From Macrostomum lignano (taxonomy: Eukaryota): a stretch of 64,000 nt of DNA. The stretch is from NCBI GenBank assembly GCA_002269645.1, contig NIVC01000366.1:62001-126000 (forward strand). Direction: 5' to 3'. Shown here piece after piece: positions 32,626-53,300 of this stretch. The position numbers and the translations under genes were made by a program. Each line of letters starts with the position of its first letter. The stretch's first letter is position 1. The notes under the pieces are model-generated. The model was not told the origin of the DNA, did not search any database, and saw only the letters and a list, made by a program, of their open reading frames with translations.

Positions 32626-32799
32626 ATGTTGGTTTGATACGACACACTTTTCATATTTTGTTTTGTATTTCTATTTTGCATTTATTTTTACTTTCATTGG
32701 GAAACGAAGCATTTTTTCATTCTAAGAAGGCAGATTTTTTACTTTGTAAACTAAAATTGCCAAGATATTGGAATTCTCCTAAAACTGTCAAAAACCTGT

Positions 32800-33090
32800 C
32801 AATGTACTTTCAGACTCAACCTTAATCTTCTAATGTATTTTTAGACCCAGCCTAAATCCACCAATGTACTTTTAGACCCAACCTTAACCTACTAGTGTAC
32901 TTTCATACCCAACCTAAATCCATCAATGTACTTTTAAACCCAACCTAAATCCACCAGTGTACTTTTAGACCCAACCTAAATCCACCAATGTACTTTTAGA
33001 GACTCAACTTTAATCTACTAATGTACTTTCATACCCAACCTAAATCCACCAATGTACTTTTCGACCCAACCTTCATCTACTAAGGTACTT
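32800..33090 (+). repeat. 31-bp minisatellite (CCAATGTACTTTTAGACCCAACCTAAATCCA)
   Basis: About 9 degenerate copies. Confidence 0.88.
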
Positions 33091-33351
33091 GAAACCCCAG
33101 ATATTAAATCTCAGATCTCAGATATTAAAAAGAATTTTAGTTGATGTTTTTTATATTTTAGATTGAAAGATTTTCGCTCTGATTGACTTTTTTAGCTGCT
33201 GATAATAGTAAATATTGATGATGAAGTTTTTAAGGGAAACTTTGTCTTCTTATAAATTAATGAAGTGCGATGTGCTGCTTTCATTTTATGCTGCACAACA
33301 TCTGACAGAGAGGATTATTAGTAGTACAGTTCGCTAAACTGAGCGTCTAGC

Positions 33352-34167
33352 ATGTTTGTCACCGTGTTGTTAAGGTTATTAATTAATATCATTAACTTAT
33401 TAATAATAGCTTAACACTGAACAGTATCATTTACTTGCGCCTCTCTGCTAACTTCACTGAATTGAGCGCATAAACTAAAATAGATATTCATTATGTACAC
33501 GAGTGAATGCAATTGAGTACATGGCTATTTAATGTGTTCCTTGTTTATTTTCTATTTTTGTCATTTCTAGCTGTATCTTTTAACTATCTCTAGCTTAAAC
33601 TTGAACCTAAGCAAAATTCTACTTTCAGGTATTTAAAATCAGCAGTAATAAATTTATGATAGTAAATAGAAAATATATAAATAAAAAATATCCATGTACA
33701 ATAAAGTAAAATGTACTTTTAGATACTCCTACACAAAAGTACAAATCAACCTTGGACGCACAAAAGTACAAATCCATATTTTCAGTCTGCTTCGGCCAAC
33801 TCAGTCGGTTTGCTGATCTGCTTCAGCCTGACCGCCTTCGCCGTCTTGGCCTCGGTTGATCAGCCCTACTGCACCTTCTTTGGCAACAGGGCTCCGGCTC
33901 CGCAGCCTACGCTGCACAACTGCACCTGGTATCGCCAGCACAGCTGCTGCCGCGGCGAGGAGATCAACATCACCTTTGCCAGCGTGCGGCCTCTGCAGGG
34001 CGCCTCGCGTAGCTGCCTTCGCTATTTCAACTCGCTGATGTGCTACATCTGCAGCCCCTCGCAGTGGGTGTTCTACAGGGGCGAGTCTCTCACCGTCTGC
34101 AGAGACTTCTGCGACAAGTGGTATCAGGCCTGCGGCAGCGCCTTTATCAAGGTGTGTTGTTTGGCAC

Positions 34168-34222
<55 letters not shown>

Positions 34223-34287
34223 GTCTGTCTGCCTGTCTCTGTCTGTCTGTCTGTCTCTCTGTCTGTCTGTGTGTCTGTCTGTCTTAG

Positions 34288-34326
<39 letters not shown>

Positions 34327-34374
34327 GTGTCTGTCTGTCTGTCTTAGTGTCTGTCTGTCTTAGTGTCTGTCGAC

Positions 34375-34407
<33 letters not shown>

Positions 34408-34752
34408 GCGTGTCTGCCTGTGTGTGTGTGCGTGTCTGTCTGTCTGTCTGTCTGTCTGCGTGTCTGTCTTACTGTCTGTCTTACTGTCTGTCTGTCTGTC
34501 TGTCGACTATCCCTAGATCCCCTGCAAAGCTCCGATCCCACTCTCACCCAGGGCCAAACCGTGGCCTCGCTATTCGAGAACGGCTACAAGCTGTGCGACA
34601 GCCGCCAGTTCAAGGTGTCCACCGGCAAAGACGACTGTTTCCGCTACGTTGCCGAGGAAGGCGAAGTGTTCGCCGAAGCGTCCGGGCCACCGAGGCCTCC
34701 CGCTGTGGCCCTGGCGGCTGCTTGCGTGGCAGCACTGCTAATTTATCCTTAG
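33352..34752 (+). CDS. Folate receptor / riboflavin-binding protein family, secreted and probably GPI-anchored; exons 33352-33374, 33827-34151, 34552-34752 (182 aa)
   Basis: Cys pattern YC..F.NR.P......NCTWY...SCC...C..Y...LMCYICSP......VC..FC..WY.AC. Splicing yields the signal peptide [17 protein letters not shown]. Hydrophobic C-terminal tail. Exon 1 is inferred from phase fit. Confidence 0.85.
34168..34505 (+). repeat. (TCTG)n microsatellite in an intron
   Basis: Direct tetranucleotide repeat. Confidence 0.97.
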
Positions 34753-34869
34753 CTTTCTATTATAAAGACTTGCTGAGTTTATTTCTAAATTGTCATTTTT
34801 ATACGCTGATATAAATCTGCATACCATTCACGTCTGATATTTCAGTGTGTCAGCTCGGGTTTTATAATT

Positions 34870-35550
34870 AGTGATATTTTGAGTGACACATCGAGTGACA
34901 TTTTGAGTGACACATTGAGTGACATTTTGAGTGACACATTGAGTGACATTTTGAGTGACACATTGAGTGACATTTTGAGTGACACATTGAGTGACATTTT
35001 GATTGACACATTGAGTCAGTGACATTTTGAGGGACACATTGAGTCAGTGACATTTTGAGGGACACATTGAGTCAGTGACATTTTGAGGGACACATTGAGT
35101 GACATTTTGATTGACACATTGAGTCAGTGACATTTTGAGGGACACATTGAGTCAGTGACATTTTGAGGGACACATTGAGTCAGTGACATTTTGAGGGACA
35201 CATTGAGTGCCATTTTGAGTGACATTTAGATTGACACTTTAAGTGAAATTTTGAGTAACACACTGAGGGTCATTTTGAGTGTCATTTAGAGTAACATTTT
35301 GAGTGACACATTGAGTCAGTGACATTTTTAGTGACACACTGAGTGACATTTTGAGTGACACATTAAGTGACATTTTGAGTGACACATTGAGGGACATTTT
35401 GAGTGACACATTGAGTGACATTTTGAGTGACACATTGAGGGACATTTTGAGTGACACATTGAGTGACATTTTGAGTGACACATTGGGGGACATTTTGAGT
35501 GACACATTGAGTGACATTTTGAGTGACACATTGGGTGACATTTTAAGTGA
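34870..35550 (+). repeat. 24-bp minisatellite (GAGTGACACATTGAGTGACATTTT)
   Basis: About 27 copies; dimer of 12-mers. Confidence 0.95.
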
Positions 35551-36096
35551 CACGGAATCTAACTTTTCAATTGTGATATCTTAAACGTTTTGTGAATAAC
35601 AAAAATTCATTTTCATGAAAGATTTTTCTGCTAATCTAATCAATTGGCATTTTACGTCACATTCAATGAAACTAACTACTTATTTAGTAGTAGAAGTAGA
35701 ACAATTATTTACAAAAGCTTTGTACACCCTAAATGAACTAGTCAAGCTGCCTCTTTTGCAACGAGTTTTTTTATAAATAATACACAGTTTGTGCAAATAT
35801 TTATCAGCTATTCATTCCTACGTATAAAATTATATATTAGTTATTAATCGTTCATAATTTATTACTTCTTAATTGTTTTTTTAATGCAAACGCGGTAGTT
35901 TTTTACACCAGTACAAGTACATAGAGGCAAAAACTCGAATCCACGAGCTAATTACACCCTTTAAAAAACATCCATACTTCTTTAAGTCTTGAGATGCTTT
36001 GATTATTTTTGCCGATATGTTGTGTAGTAAACTTAACAAAGCCATTTTTGTATTATTAATTGTACCTATTGTAAATTGTAGATTACTTTATTATTT

Positions 36097-41597
<5,501 letters not shown>

Positions 41598-41679
41598 AAG
41601 GTCGTGATTCGAGATTGAACTAGAATAATTCTTGGATCTACTAGTCAGTATATCCCCATGGAACATCAAAATATCCCAA

Positions 41680-42820
41680 TATAGTTGGCTACTCTCAAAA
41701 TATCCTTAATTGGGGATAATTGGCTACTCTCAAAATATCCCTAAATGGGGATAATTAGCTACTCTCAAAATATCCCTAATGGGGATAATTAGCTACTCTC
41801 AAAATATCCCTAATGGATATTCCCTAATCCCTAATTGGCTACTCTCAAAATATCCCTAATGGGGTAATTGGCTACTCTCAAAATATCCCTAATGGGGATA
41901 ATAAGCTACTCTCAAAATATCCCTAATGGGGATAATTAGCTACTCTCAAAATATCCTTAATGGATATTCCCTAATCCCTAATTGGCTACTCTCAAAATAT
42001 CCCAAATGGGGTAATTGGCTACTCTCAAAATATCCCTAATGGGGTAATTGGCTACTCTCAAAATATCCCTAATGGGGTAATTGGCTACTCTCAAAATATC
42101 CCTAATGGGGATAATTAGCTACACTCAAAATATCCCTAATGGGGATAATTAGCTACACTCAAAATATCCCTAATGGATATTCCCTAATCCCTAATTGGCT
42201 ACTCTCAAAATATCCCTAATGGATATTCCCTAATCCCTAATTGGCTACTCTCAAAATATCCCTAATTGGGTAATTGGCCACTCTCAAAATATCCCTAATG
42301 GGGTAATTGGCCACTCTCAAAATATCCCTAATGGGGTAATTGGCTACTCTCAAAATATCCCTAATGGGGATAATTAGCTACACTCAAAATATCCCTAATG
42401 GGGATAATTAGCTACACTCAAAATATCCCTAATGAGGATAATTAGCTACTCTCAAAATATCCCTAATGGATATTCCCTAATCCCTAATTGGCTACTCTCA
42501 AAATATCCCTAATGGATATTCTCTAATCCCTAATTGGCTACTCTCAAAATATCCCTAATTGGGTAATTGGCTACTCTCAAAATATCCCTAATGGGGATAG
42601 TTGGCTACACTGAAAATATCCCTAATGAGGATAATTGGCTACTCTCAAAATATCCCTAATGGGGTAATTGGCTACACTCAAAATATCCCTAATGGGGATA
42701 ATTAGCTACTCTCAAAATATCCCTAATGGATATTCCCTAATCCCTAATTGGCTACTCTCAAAATATCCCTAATGGGATAACTGGCTACTCTCAAAATATC
42801 CCTAATGGGGATAGTTAGCT
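41680..42820 (+). repeat. 33-34-bp minisatellite (GGCTACTCTCAAAATATCCCTAATGGGGTAATT)
   Basis: About 32 copies between ITFG2 and the USP gene. Confidence 0.95.
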
Positions 42821-43108
42821 AATTGTTTCGGATTGATCAAATATAAATCAAGTTAGCTCATTATCTCTGTACTATATTATTTTCCCTAAATTAGTCCGTG
42901 CAGAAGTTGCATTTCAATAATTAAAATGTACTTTAACAGAGTTATGTAAATAAATTTATTACACCTAATTTAATTTAGTTGGTCTTGCTTCATTTTTAAA
43001 ATAAATTTTTCGATACATATCGGCAAGTTTTTAGTTGATAGCAAATAAGGCAACCGGTGTTATGATTCAATTGTTTTTTGTTTCCAGTGTTAAGGGTAAT
43101 AAAACGAA

Positions 43109-43947
43109 ATGGGCGGGTACCATAGCAACCAACGCTGGGCTTCAACCGTTGCCGCCGCCTCCGAACCCGGCGCTGGGGCCGACATTCCGCGCCCGGAACG
43201 GCGCGTTCTCATCGCCGTTGACGGCTCGAAAGGCGCGCAGCGCGCCTTCGACTACTGGAGCAGCATGCCGGGCAGCCAGAGTGACAGCATCATCCTGCTG
43301 CACTCCATGGAGGCACCCAATGTGCTCACGGGACTGCTGCTGTCCCCGTCTGGGTGAGTGACTGTGACTGACTAACTGACTGACTGACTGACTGACTGAC
43401 TGACTGACTGACTGACTGACTGCCTGACTGCCTGATAAAAAACGACATACAGGCAGACAGACAGGCAAGCAGACAGACAGGCACACAGACAGGCAAGCAG
43501 ACAGACAGGCACACAGACAGGCAAGCAGACAGACAGACACACAGACAGGCAAGCAGACAGACAGACACAGACAGGCAAGCAGACAGAGAGACAGACACAC
43601 AGACAGAGACAGACATCTAAAAGCCGCCCTACTCCGCCGCCGCCCACAGCACATTCGACTACGAAGAATATGAGAAGCAGGGCCGCCAGCTCAAGCAGCG
43701 CTCGCAGCAGCTCAGCCAAGAGCTGATGGCCCAGTGCGAGAAGCGCCGCCTTCACTGCAAGTTCGTGTCCGAAGCCGGTACCCCGGGCGCTACTATCGTT
43801 GAAGCCGCTCGCAAATACGCCGCCAACGTTGTTGTGGTCGGTTGCCGTGGTAACAACGGCATCAGGCGGACCATATTGGGTTCGGTCAGCGACTACGTGC
43901 TGCAGCACTCCTGCCGGCCTGTTGTGGTCGTGCCCGAGATTAATTAA
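43109..43947 (+). CDS. Universal stress protein (UspA domain); exons 43109-43353, 43650-43947
   Basis: RRVLIAVDGSKGAQRAF...IILLHS and G.PGATIVEAARKYAANVVVVGCRGNNGIRRTILGSVSDYVLQHSCRPVVVVP. The phase-2 intron contains (TGAC)n/(CAGA)n. Confidence 0.92.
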
Positions 43948-44399
43948 ATGAATAATACACCGCAGAGTCGGATAAAAACAACACAGATTATATTAAGGCG
44001 TGTTTTTGTTTGTTTGAAATCTGCAATCACTCTTATGATTTATGTAGGTTATTATTAGAAGTAGTTCCGCTTTTCTAGAAAGTTAAAATAAAAATCTATA
44101 TAATTGTCATCTATTGCTGGTGGTTGAATGTATGCAGTACTGTACTGTAGTGTGGTAGCGCTTACTAACTTCGTCTCTAGCATTCCTTAGTCAGTTTTAT
44201 TAAATCTGTGTTCGCATCGATTTTGCTGTTGATTTATAAATTAGGATAGTTTAGAAAGATGTTTATGTGGGCGTTATTCAATGTACGTACATTCAAGGGG
44301 AGAGGGGTTCGGAAAGTTTTCAAAACCAATACTCTCCTTAGAATGTACTTTCTTGGCTTCTAATTATCTGAGAAAGTGTCACTTAAAATGATGTACATG

Positions 44400-44695
44400 T
44401 ACATTCGTTCTTTCTACCCCCGCAGTAGTGATAACGGTGGCCTAGTTGGACTGAATGTACGTTCCTTCGTCTTTCTAACCCCCGGCGTAGAGAAAACGGT
44501 GGCCTAGTTGGACTGAATGTACATTCCTTCGTCTTTCTACCCCCCGGTGGAGAGAAAATGGTGGCCTATAATTGGACTGAATGTACGCTCGTACATTCCT
44601 TCGTCTTTCTACCCCCCGGTGGAGAGAAAATGGTGGCCTATAATTGGACTGAATGTACGCTCGTACATTCCTTCGTCTTTCTACCCCCCGGTGCA
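44400..44695 (+). repeat. 60-72-bp tandem repeat, 4-5 copies
   Basis: GTACATTCCTTCGTCTTTCTACCCCC recurs at about 44519, 44591 and 44663. Confidence 0.85.
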
Positions 44696-45194
44696 GAGTA
44701 AGCCATATGGTATCACGAGATGTGCGTTAGTCAGTGGAAAAATATAGTTATTTATTTTATTAGCCAGAATAACAAAAATATATTATAATTTCATTTTAGA
44801 TTAGAATTGCAACTTAATTTTCGAAGCTAGTAGCTAAAATACGAATTATTATTATTATTATCGTAATCCATTTTATGCATTGGCAATTTTTTATATTAGT
44901 CGATACTTTTTCTCGGTTGTCAATCTACTAAATCGGTGCAGGTGTTTCGCAGACAGTCGCCTCCATTTTTAAATGTTGATTTTTTGCAGTTTTTCACTTA
45001 GCTAAAAGACAGCGAGTAATCCGGCCCTAAGTATGACACAATATATATTATGAGTTTCATCAGTGCCCCAATGATGCAGAACTTCTTAACATCATCCGGT
45101 TCGCTCTGCTCATTATTATCGGTGCTGAATCATCAATCAGTAATACTTTTTTCCTTTAGTTATTTTACCTTGAGTCTCCTTTTGCTTTTTGACA

Positions 45195-46420
45195 CACTTA
45201 GAGACACGGCGGCCGTGTCTATAATCCAAAAACTTATAGAAACGGCGGCTGTGTCTCTAATTGTGATTAGGTCCATACTTATAGATACGGCGGCTGTGTC
45301 TCTAATTGTGATTAGGTCCATACTTATAGATACGGCGGCTGTGTCTCTAATTGTGATTAGGTCCATACTTATAGATACGGCGGCTGTGTCTCTAATTGTG
45401 ATTAGGTCCATACTTATAGATACGGCGGCTGTGTCTCTAATTGTGATTAGGTCCATACTTATAGATACGGCGGCTGTGTCTCTAATTGTGATTAGGTCCA
45501 TACTTATAGAAACGGCGGCTGTGTCTCTAATTGTGATTAGGTCCATACTTATAGATACGGCGGCTGTGTCTCTAATTGTGATTAGGTCCATACTTATAGA
45601 TACGGCGGCTGTGTCTCTAATTGTGATTAGGTCCATACTTATAGATACGGCGGCTGTGTCTCTAATTGTGATTAGGTCCATACTTATAGATACGGCGGCT
45701 GTGTCTCTAATTGTGATTAGGTCCATACTTATAGAAACGGCGGCTGTGTCTCTAATTGTGATTAGGTCCATACTTATAGATACGGCGGCTGTGTCTCTAA
45801 TTGTGATTAGGTCCATACTTATAGAAACGGCGGCTGTGTCTCTAATTGTGATTAGGTCCATACTTATAGAAACGGCGGCTGTGTCTCTAATTGTGATTAG
45901 GTCCATACTTATAGAAACGGCGGCTGTGACTCTAATTGTGATTAGGTCCATACTTATAGATACGGCGGCTGTGACTCTAATTGTGATTAGGTCCATACTT
46001 ATAGATACGGCGGCTGTGTCTCTAATTGTGATTAGGTCCATACTTATAGATACGGCGGCTGTGTCTCTAATTGTGATTAGGTCCATACTTATAGATACGG
46101 CGGCTGTGTCTCTAATTGTGATTAGGTCCATACTTATAGATACGGCGGCTGTGTCTCTAATTGTGATTAGGTCCATACTTATAGATACGGCGGCTGTGTC
46201 TCTAATTGTGATTAGGTCCATACTTATAGATACGGCGGCTGTGTCTCTAATTGTGATTAGGTCCATACTTATAGAAACGGCGGCTGTGACTCTAATTGTG
46301 ATTAGGTCCATACTTATAGATACGGCGGCTGTGTCTCTAATTGTGATTAGGTCCATACTTATAGATACGGCGGCTGTGTCTCTAATTGTGATTAGGTCCA
46401 TACTTATAGATACGGCGGCC
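45195..46420. repeat. 45-bp homogeneous minisatellite (ATAGATACGGCGGCTGTGTCTCTAATTGTGATTAGGTCCATACTT)
   Basis: About 27 nearly identical copies. Confidence 0.97.
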
Positions 46421-47344
46421 GACCGGCTGTGTCCGTACAATATAGAATGCGTCTCCCACTGGAGACAGCGGCCGTGTCAATGAAGTCTGCACAGCGCCAG
46501 CGGCCATGTCATTAATATTAAATGAGTCCCCACTTAAAGACACGGAGGGTGGCCGTGTCCCTAATATAGAATCCATTCGACACTGGAGACTGCGGCGGTC
46601 TCATTATTGCCAAAATTTAAAGCAACGGTACCATGTGTGCTTACACGGCGGAGGTGCCTATAAGCTCCAACATTGTAGACACGGCCACCGTTTCTATAAG
46701 TGCTTCGTTTGTTTTTTAGCCCAATGTGGCGGGTGCCTTTAACGTCTAAAATCTCGCCAAAATGAGGCTCTCCCGATGCCAAAATATCCGGATAGCACCA
46801 AAATGTGGCTGGCGCTTCAACGTTGGCACCAAATATGTACATGTAGCAGGACCAGGACATGCGCCATGCATGCTACACGCGCTGGTTCATGCAGTGGATT
46901 TTAATTTTTAGGATTGCGTCTCCACTCTCCAATGGCTCGTCAATATTCCCCTGGATTAATTTTAATTGGATATCGCTGATTGATCCCGAGTCTGCGCACG
47001 ACTGGTCCCATCCAAGGTCTACCTGCTGTCTATATTATCAACTGCTTTTCTGCTTGTTTCGGTACCTAGGAATATCTTTTGAGGGCCTGAACACCGGAGC
47101 AGTCATAGAGACAGGTATCAACCTTTCAGGATACGGTGAGTGACAAGCCAATGCTGTTATTTTTTTTATTCTTGGGTTATTTCCTTAGGATGGCTTGTCT
47201 CATTGCTGCTTAGTGAAGCGATTTATTAATTTATCGCTAATTAGACAGACCTGGTTTATTTAATTGGACGGCGTATTCTAAAATTAGGTATTTTTGAAAA
47301 AATATTGAATGCATTGCAGCCGTCTATTTACAAGTGAGGCGCTT

Positions 47345-50300
47345 CTAGACAGGGATGTCCACTTCTAAACACGGATGTCCACTTCTAGACACGGATGTCC
47401 ACTTCTAGACACGGATATCCACTTCTAGACGCGGATGTCTACTTCTAGACACGGATGTCCACTTTTAGACACGGATGTCCTTTTCTAGACACGGATGTCC
47501 TTTTCTAGGCACGGATGTTCACTTCTAGACACGGATATCCTTTTCTAGGCACGGATGTCCACTTCAAGACACGGATGTCAACTTCTAGACAGAGATGTCC
47601 ACTTATAGACAGGGATGTCAACTTCTAGACAGATGTCCACTTATAGACAGATGTCCACTTCTAGACAGATGTCCACTTCAAGACACGGATGTCCACTTCT
47701 AGACACGAATGTCCACTTCTAGACGCGGATGTCCACTTCTAGACACAGATGTCCACTTCTAGACACGGATATACACTTCTAGACGCGGATGTCTACTTCT
47801 AGACACGGATGTCAACTTCCAGATAGGGATGTCCACTTCTAGACAGTGATGTCCACTTCTAGAGAGAGATGTCCACTTATAGACAGGGATGTCCACTTCT
47901 AGACAGATGTCCACTTATAGACAGGGATGTCCACTTCAAGACACGGATGTCCACTTCTAGACACGAATGTCCACTTCTAGACACGGATGTCCACTTCTAG
48001 ACAGAGATGTCCACTTCTAGACACGGGTGTCCACTTATACACAGGAATGTCCACTTATAGACAGAGATGTCCACTTATAGACAGGGATGTCCACTTCTAG
48101 ACAGGGATGTCCACTTCTAGACAGAGAGGTCCACTTATAGACACGGATTTCCACTTCTAGACAGAGATGTCCACTTATAGACACGGGTGTCCACTTATAC
48201 ACAGGGATGTCCACTTCTAGACAGATGTCCACTTCTAGACACAAATGTCCACTTCCAGACACGGATTCCACTTCTAGACACGAATGTCCACTTTCAGACA
48301 CGGATGTCCACTTCTAGACAGAGATGTCCACTTCTAGACACGGGTGTCCACTTCTAGACACGAATGTCCACTTCTAGACACGGATGTCCACTTCTAGACA
48401 GAGATGTCCACTTCTAGACACGGGTGTCCACTTATACACAGGAATGTCCACTTATAGACAGAGATGTCCACTTATAGACAGGGATGTTCACTTCTAGACA
48501 GAGAGGTCCACTTATAGACAGGGATGTCCACTTCTAGACAGAGACGTCCACTTCTAGACACAAATGTCCACTTCTAGACAGATGTCCACTTATAGACAGG
48601 GATGTCCATTTCAAGACACGGATGTCCACTTCTAGACACGAATGTCCACTTCCAGACACGGATTCCACTTCTAGACACGAATGTCCACTTTCAGACACGG
48701 ATGTCCACTTCTAGACAGAAATGTCCACTTCTAGACACGGGTGTCCACTTATACACAGGGATGTCCACTTATAGACAGGGATGTCAACTTCTAGACAGAT
48801 GTCCACTTATAGACAGATGTCCACTTCTAGACAGATGTCCACTTCAAGACACGGATGTCCACTTCTAGACACGAATGTCCACTTCTAGACACGGATGTCC
48901 ACTTCTAGACACAGATGTCCACTTCTAGACACGGATATACACTTCTAGACGCGGATATCTACTTCTAGACACGGATGTCAACTTCCAGATAGGGATGTCC
49001 ACTTCTAGACAGTGATGTCCACTTCTAGAGAGAGATGTCCACTTATAGACAGGGATGTCCACTTCTAGACAGATGTCCACTTATAGACAGGGATGTCCAC
49101 TTCAAGACACGGATGTCCACTTCTAGACACGAATGTCCACTTCTAGACACGGATGTCCACTTCTAGACAGAGATGTCCACTTCTAGACACGGGTGTCCAC
49201 TTATACACAGGAATGTCCACTTATAGACAGAGATGTCCACTTATAGACAGGGATGTCCACTTCTAGACAGGGATGTCCACTTCTAGACAGAGAGGTCCAC
49301 TTATAGACACGGATTTCCACTTCTAGACAGAGATGTCCACTTATAGACACGGGTGTCCACTTATACACAGGGATGTCCACTTCTAGACAGATGTCCACTT
49401 CTAGACACAAATGTCCACTTCCAGACACGGATTCCACTTCTAGACACGAATGTCCACTTTCAGACACGGATGTCCACTTCTAGACAGAGATGTCCACTTC
49501 TAGACACGTGTGTCCACTTCTAGACACGAATGTCCACTTCTAGACACGGATGTCCACTTATAGACAGAGATGTCCACTTCTAGACACGGGTGTCCACTTA
49601 TACACAGGAATGTCCACTTATAGACAGAGATGTCCACTTATAGACAGGGATGTTCACTTCTAGACAGAGAGGTCCACTTATAGACAGGGATGTCCACTTC
49701 TAGACAGAGACGTCCACTTCTAGACACAAATGTCCACTTCTAGACAGATGTCCACTTATAGACAGGGATGTCCATTTCAAGACACGGATGTCCACTTCTA
49801 GACACGAATGTCCACTTCCAGACACGGATTCCACTTCTAGACACGAATGTCCACTTTCAGACACGGATGTCCACTTCTAGACAGAAATGTCCACTTCTAG
49901 ACACGGGTGTCCACTTATACACAGGGATGTCCACTTATAGACAGAGATGTCCACTTATAGACACGGATGTCCACTTCTAGACACGAATGTCCACTTCTAG
50001 ACACGGATGTCCACTTCTAGACAGAGATGTCCACTTCTAGACACGGGTGTCTACTTATAGACAGGAATATACACTTATAGACAGCTAGATGTCCACTTAT
50101 AGACACAGATGTCCACTTCTAGACACGGATATACACTTCTAGACGCGGATATCTACTTCTAGACACGGATGTCAACTTCCAGATAGGGATGTCCACTTCT
50201 AGACAGTGATGTCCACTTCTAGAGAGAGATGTCCACTTATAGACAGGGATGTCCACTTCTAGACAGATGTCCACTTATAGACAGGGATGTCCACTTCAAG

Positions 50301-53300
50301 ACACGGATGTCCACTTCTAGACACGAATGTCCACTTCTAGACACGGATGTCCACTTCTAGACAGAGATGTCCACTTCTAGACACGGGTGTCCACTTATAC
50401 ACAGGAATGTCCACTTATAGACAGAGATGTCCACTTATAGACAGGGATGTCCACTTCTAGACAGGGATGTCCACTTCTAGACAGAGAGGTCCACTTATAG
50501 ACACGGATTTCCACTTCTAGACAGAGATGTCCACTTATAGACACGGGTGTCCACTTATACACAGGGATGTCCACTTCTAGACAGATGTCCACTTCTAGAC
50601 ACAAATGTCCACTTCCAGACACGGATTCCACTTCTAGACACGAATGTCCACTTTCAGACACGGATGTCCACTTCTAGACAGAGATGTCCACTTCTAGACA
50701 CGGGTGTCCACTTCTAGACACGAATGTCCACTTCTAGACACGGATGTCCACTTCTAGACAGAGATGTCCACTTCTAGACACGGGTGTCCACTTATACACA
50801 GGAATGTCCACTTATAGACAGAGATGTCCACTTATAGACAGGGATGTTCACTTCTAGACAGAGAGGTCCACTTATAGACAGGGATGTCCACTTCTAGACA
50901 GAGACGTCCACTTCTAGACACAAATGTCCACTTCTAGACAGATGTCCACTTATAGACAGGGATGTCCATTTCAAGACACGGATGTCCACTTCTAGACACG
51001 AATGTCCACTTCCAGACACGGATTCCACTTCTAGACACGAATGTCCACTTTCAGACACGGATGTCCACTTCTAGACAGAAATGTCCACTTCTAGACACGG
51101 GTGTCCACTTATACACAGGGATGTCCACTTATAGACAGGGATGTCAACTTCTAGACAGATGTCCACTTATAGACAGATGTCCACTTCTAGACAGATGTCC
51201 ACTTCAAGACACGGATGTCCACTTCTAGACACGAATGTCCACTTCTAGACACGGATGTCCACTTCTAGACACAGATGTCCACTTCTAGACACGGATATAC
51301 ACTTCTAGACGCGGATATCTACTTCTAGACACGGATGTCAACTTCCAGATAGGGATGTCCACTTCTAGACAGTGATGTCCACTTCTAGAGAGAGATGTCC
51401 ACTTATAGACAGGGATGTCCACTTCTAGACAGATGTCCACTTATAGACAGGGATGTCCACTTCAAGACACGGATGTCCACTTCTAGACACGAATGTCCAC
51501 TTCTAGACACGGATGTCCACTTCTAGACAGAGATGTCCACTTCTAGACACGGGTGTCCACTTATACACAGGAATGTCCACTTATAGACAGAGATGTCCAC
51601 TTATAGACAGGGATGTCCACTTCTAGACAGGGATGTCCACTTCTAGACAGAGAGGTCCACTTATAGACACGGATTTCCACTTCTAGACAGAGATGTCCAC
51701 TTATAGACACGGGTGTCCACTTATACACAGGGATGTCCACTTCTAGACAGATGTCCACTTCTAGACACAAATGTCCACTTCCAGACACGGATTCCACTTC
51801 TAGACACGAATGTCCACTTTCAGACACGGATGTCCACTTCTAGACAGAGATGTCCACTTCTAGACACGTGTGTCCACTTCTAGACACGAATGTCCACTTC
51901 TAGACACGGATGTCCACTTATAGACAGAGATGTCCACTTCTAGACACGGGTGTCCACTTATACACAGGAATGTCCACTTATAGACAGAGATGTCCACTTA
52001 TAGACAGGGATGTTCACTTCTAGACAGAGAGGTCCACTTATAGACAGGGATGTCCACTTCTAGACAGAGACGTCCACTTCTAGACACAAATGTCCACTTC
52101 TAGACAGATGTCCACTTATAGACAGGGATGTCCATTTCAAGACACGGATGTCCACTTCTAGACACGAATGTCCACTTCCAGACACGGATTCCACTTCTAG
52201 ACACGAATGTCCACTTTCAGACACGGATGTCCACTTCTAGACAGAAATGTCCACTTCTAGACACGGGTGTCCACTTATACACAGGGATGTCCACTTATAG
52301 ACAGAGATGTCCACTTATAGACACGGATGTCCACTTCTAGACACGAATGTCCACTTCTAGACACGGATGTCCACTTCTAGACAGAGATGTCCACTTCTAG
52401 ACACGGGTGTCTACTTATAGACAGGAATATACACTTATAGACAGCTAGATGTCCACTTATAGACAGAGTTCCACTTATAGACAGATGTCCACTTTTAGAC
52501 ACGGATGTCTACTTATAGACAGGGATGTCCACTTCTAGACAGAGATGTCCACTTATAGACAGGGATGTCCATTTCAAGACACGGATGTCCACTTCTAGAC
52601 ACGAATGTCCACTTCTAGACAGAGATGTCCACTTCTAGACACGGGTGTCCACTTATATACAGGGATGTCCACTTATAGACAGAGATGTCCACTTATAGAC
52701 AGAGATGTCCACTTCTAGACACGGGTGTCCACTTATACACAGGGATGTCCACTTATAGACAGGAATGTCCACTTCTAGACACGGATGTCCACTTCTAGAT
52801 GAGGATGTTCACTTCTAGATGAGGATGTCCACTTCTAGGTAGGGATGTCCACTTCTAGGTAGGGATGTCCACTTCTAGGTAGGGATGTTCACTTCTAGGT
52901 AGGGATGTCCACTTCTAGACACGGATTTCCACTTCAAGACACGAATGTCCACTTCTAGACAGGGATGTCCACTTCTAGACATGGATGTCCACTTCTAGAC
53001 AGAGACGTCCACTTCTAGACACAAATGTCCACTTCTAGACACGAATGTCCACTTCTAGACACGGATGTCCACTTCTAGACAGAGATGTCCACTTCTAGAC
53101 ACGGGTGTCCACTTCTAGACACGAATGTCCACTTCTAGACACGGATGTCCACTTCTAGACAGAGATGTCCACTTCTAGACACGGGTGTCCACTTATACAC
53201 AGGAATGTCCACTTATAGACAGAGATGTCCACTTCTAGACAGAGACGTCCACTTCTAGACACAAATGTCCACTTCTAGACAGAGATGTCCACTTTCAGAC

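Noticed and set aside
45050-46483. Overlapping 477-aa (+) and 426-aa (-) ORFs
   Set aside because: They arise from a 45-bp unit (a multiple of 3) lacking stops in those frames; there is no unique protein content.
46859-47143. 94-aa ORF with acceptor and donor-like flanks between the two satellites
   Set aside because: No recognisable domain and no partner exon; it may be a transposon remnant.
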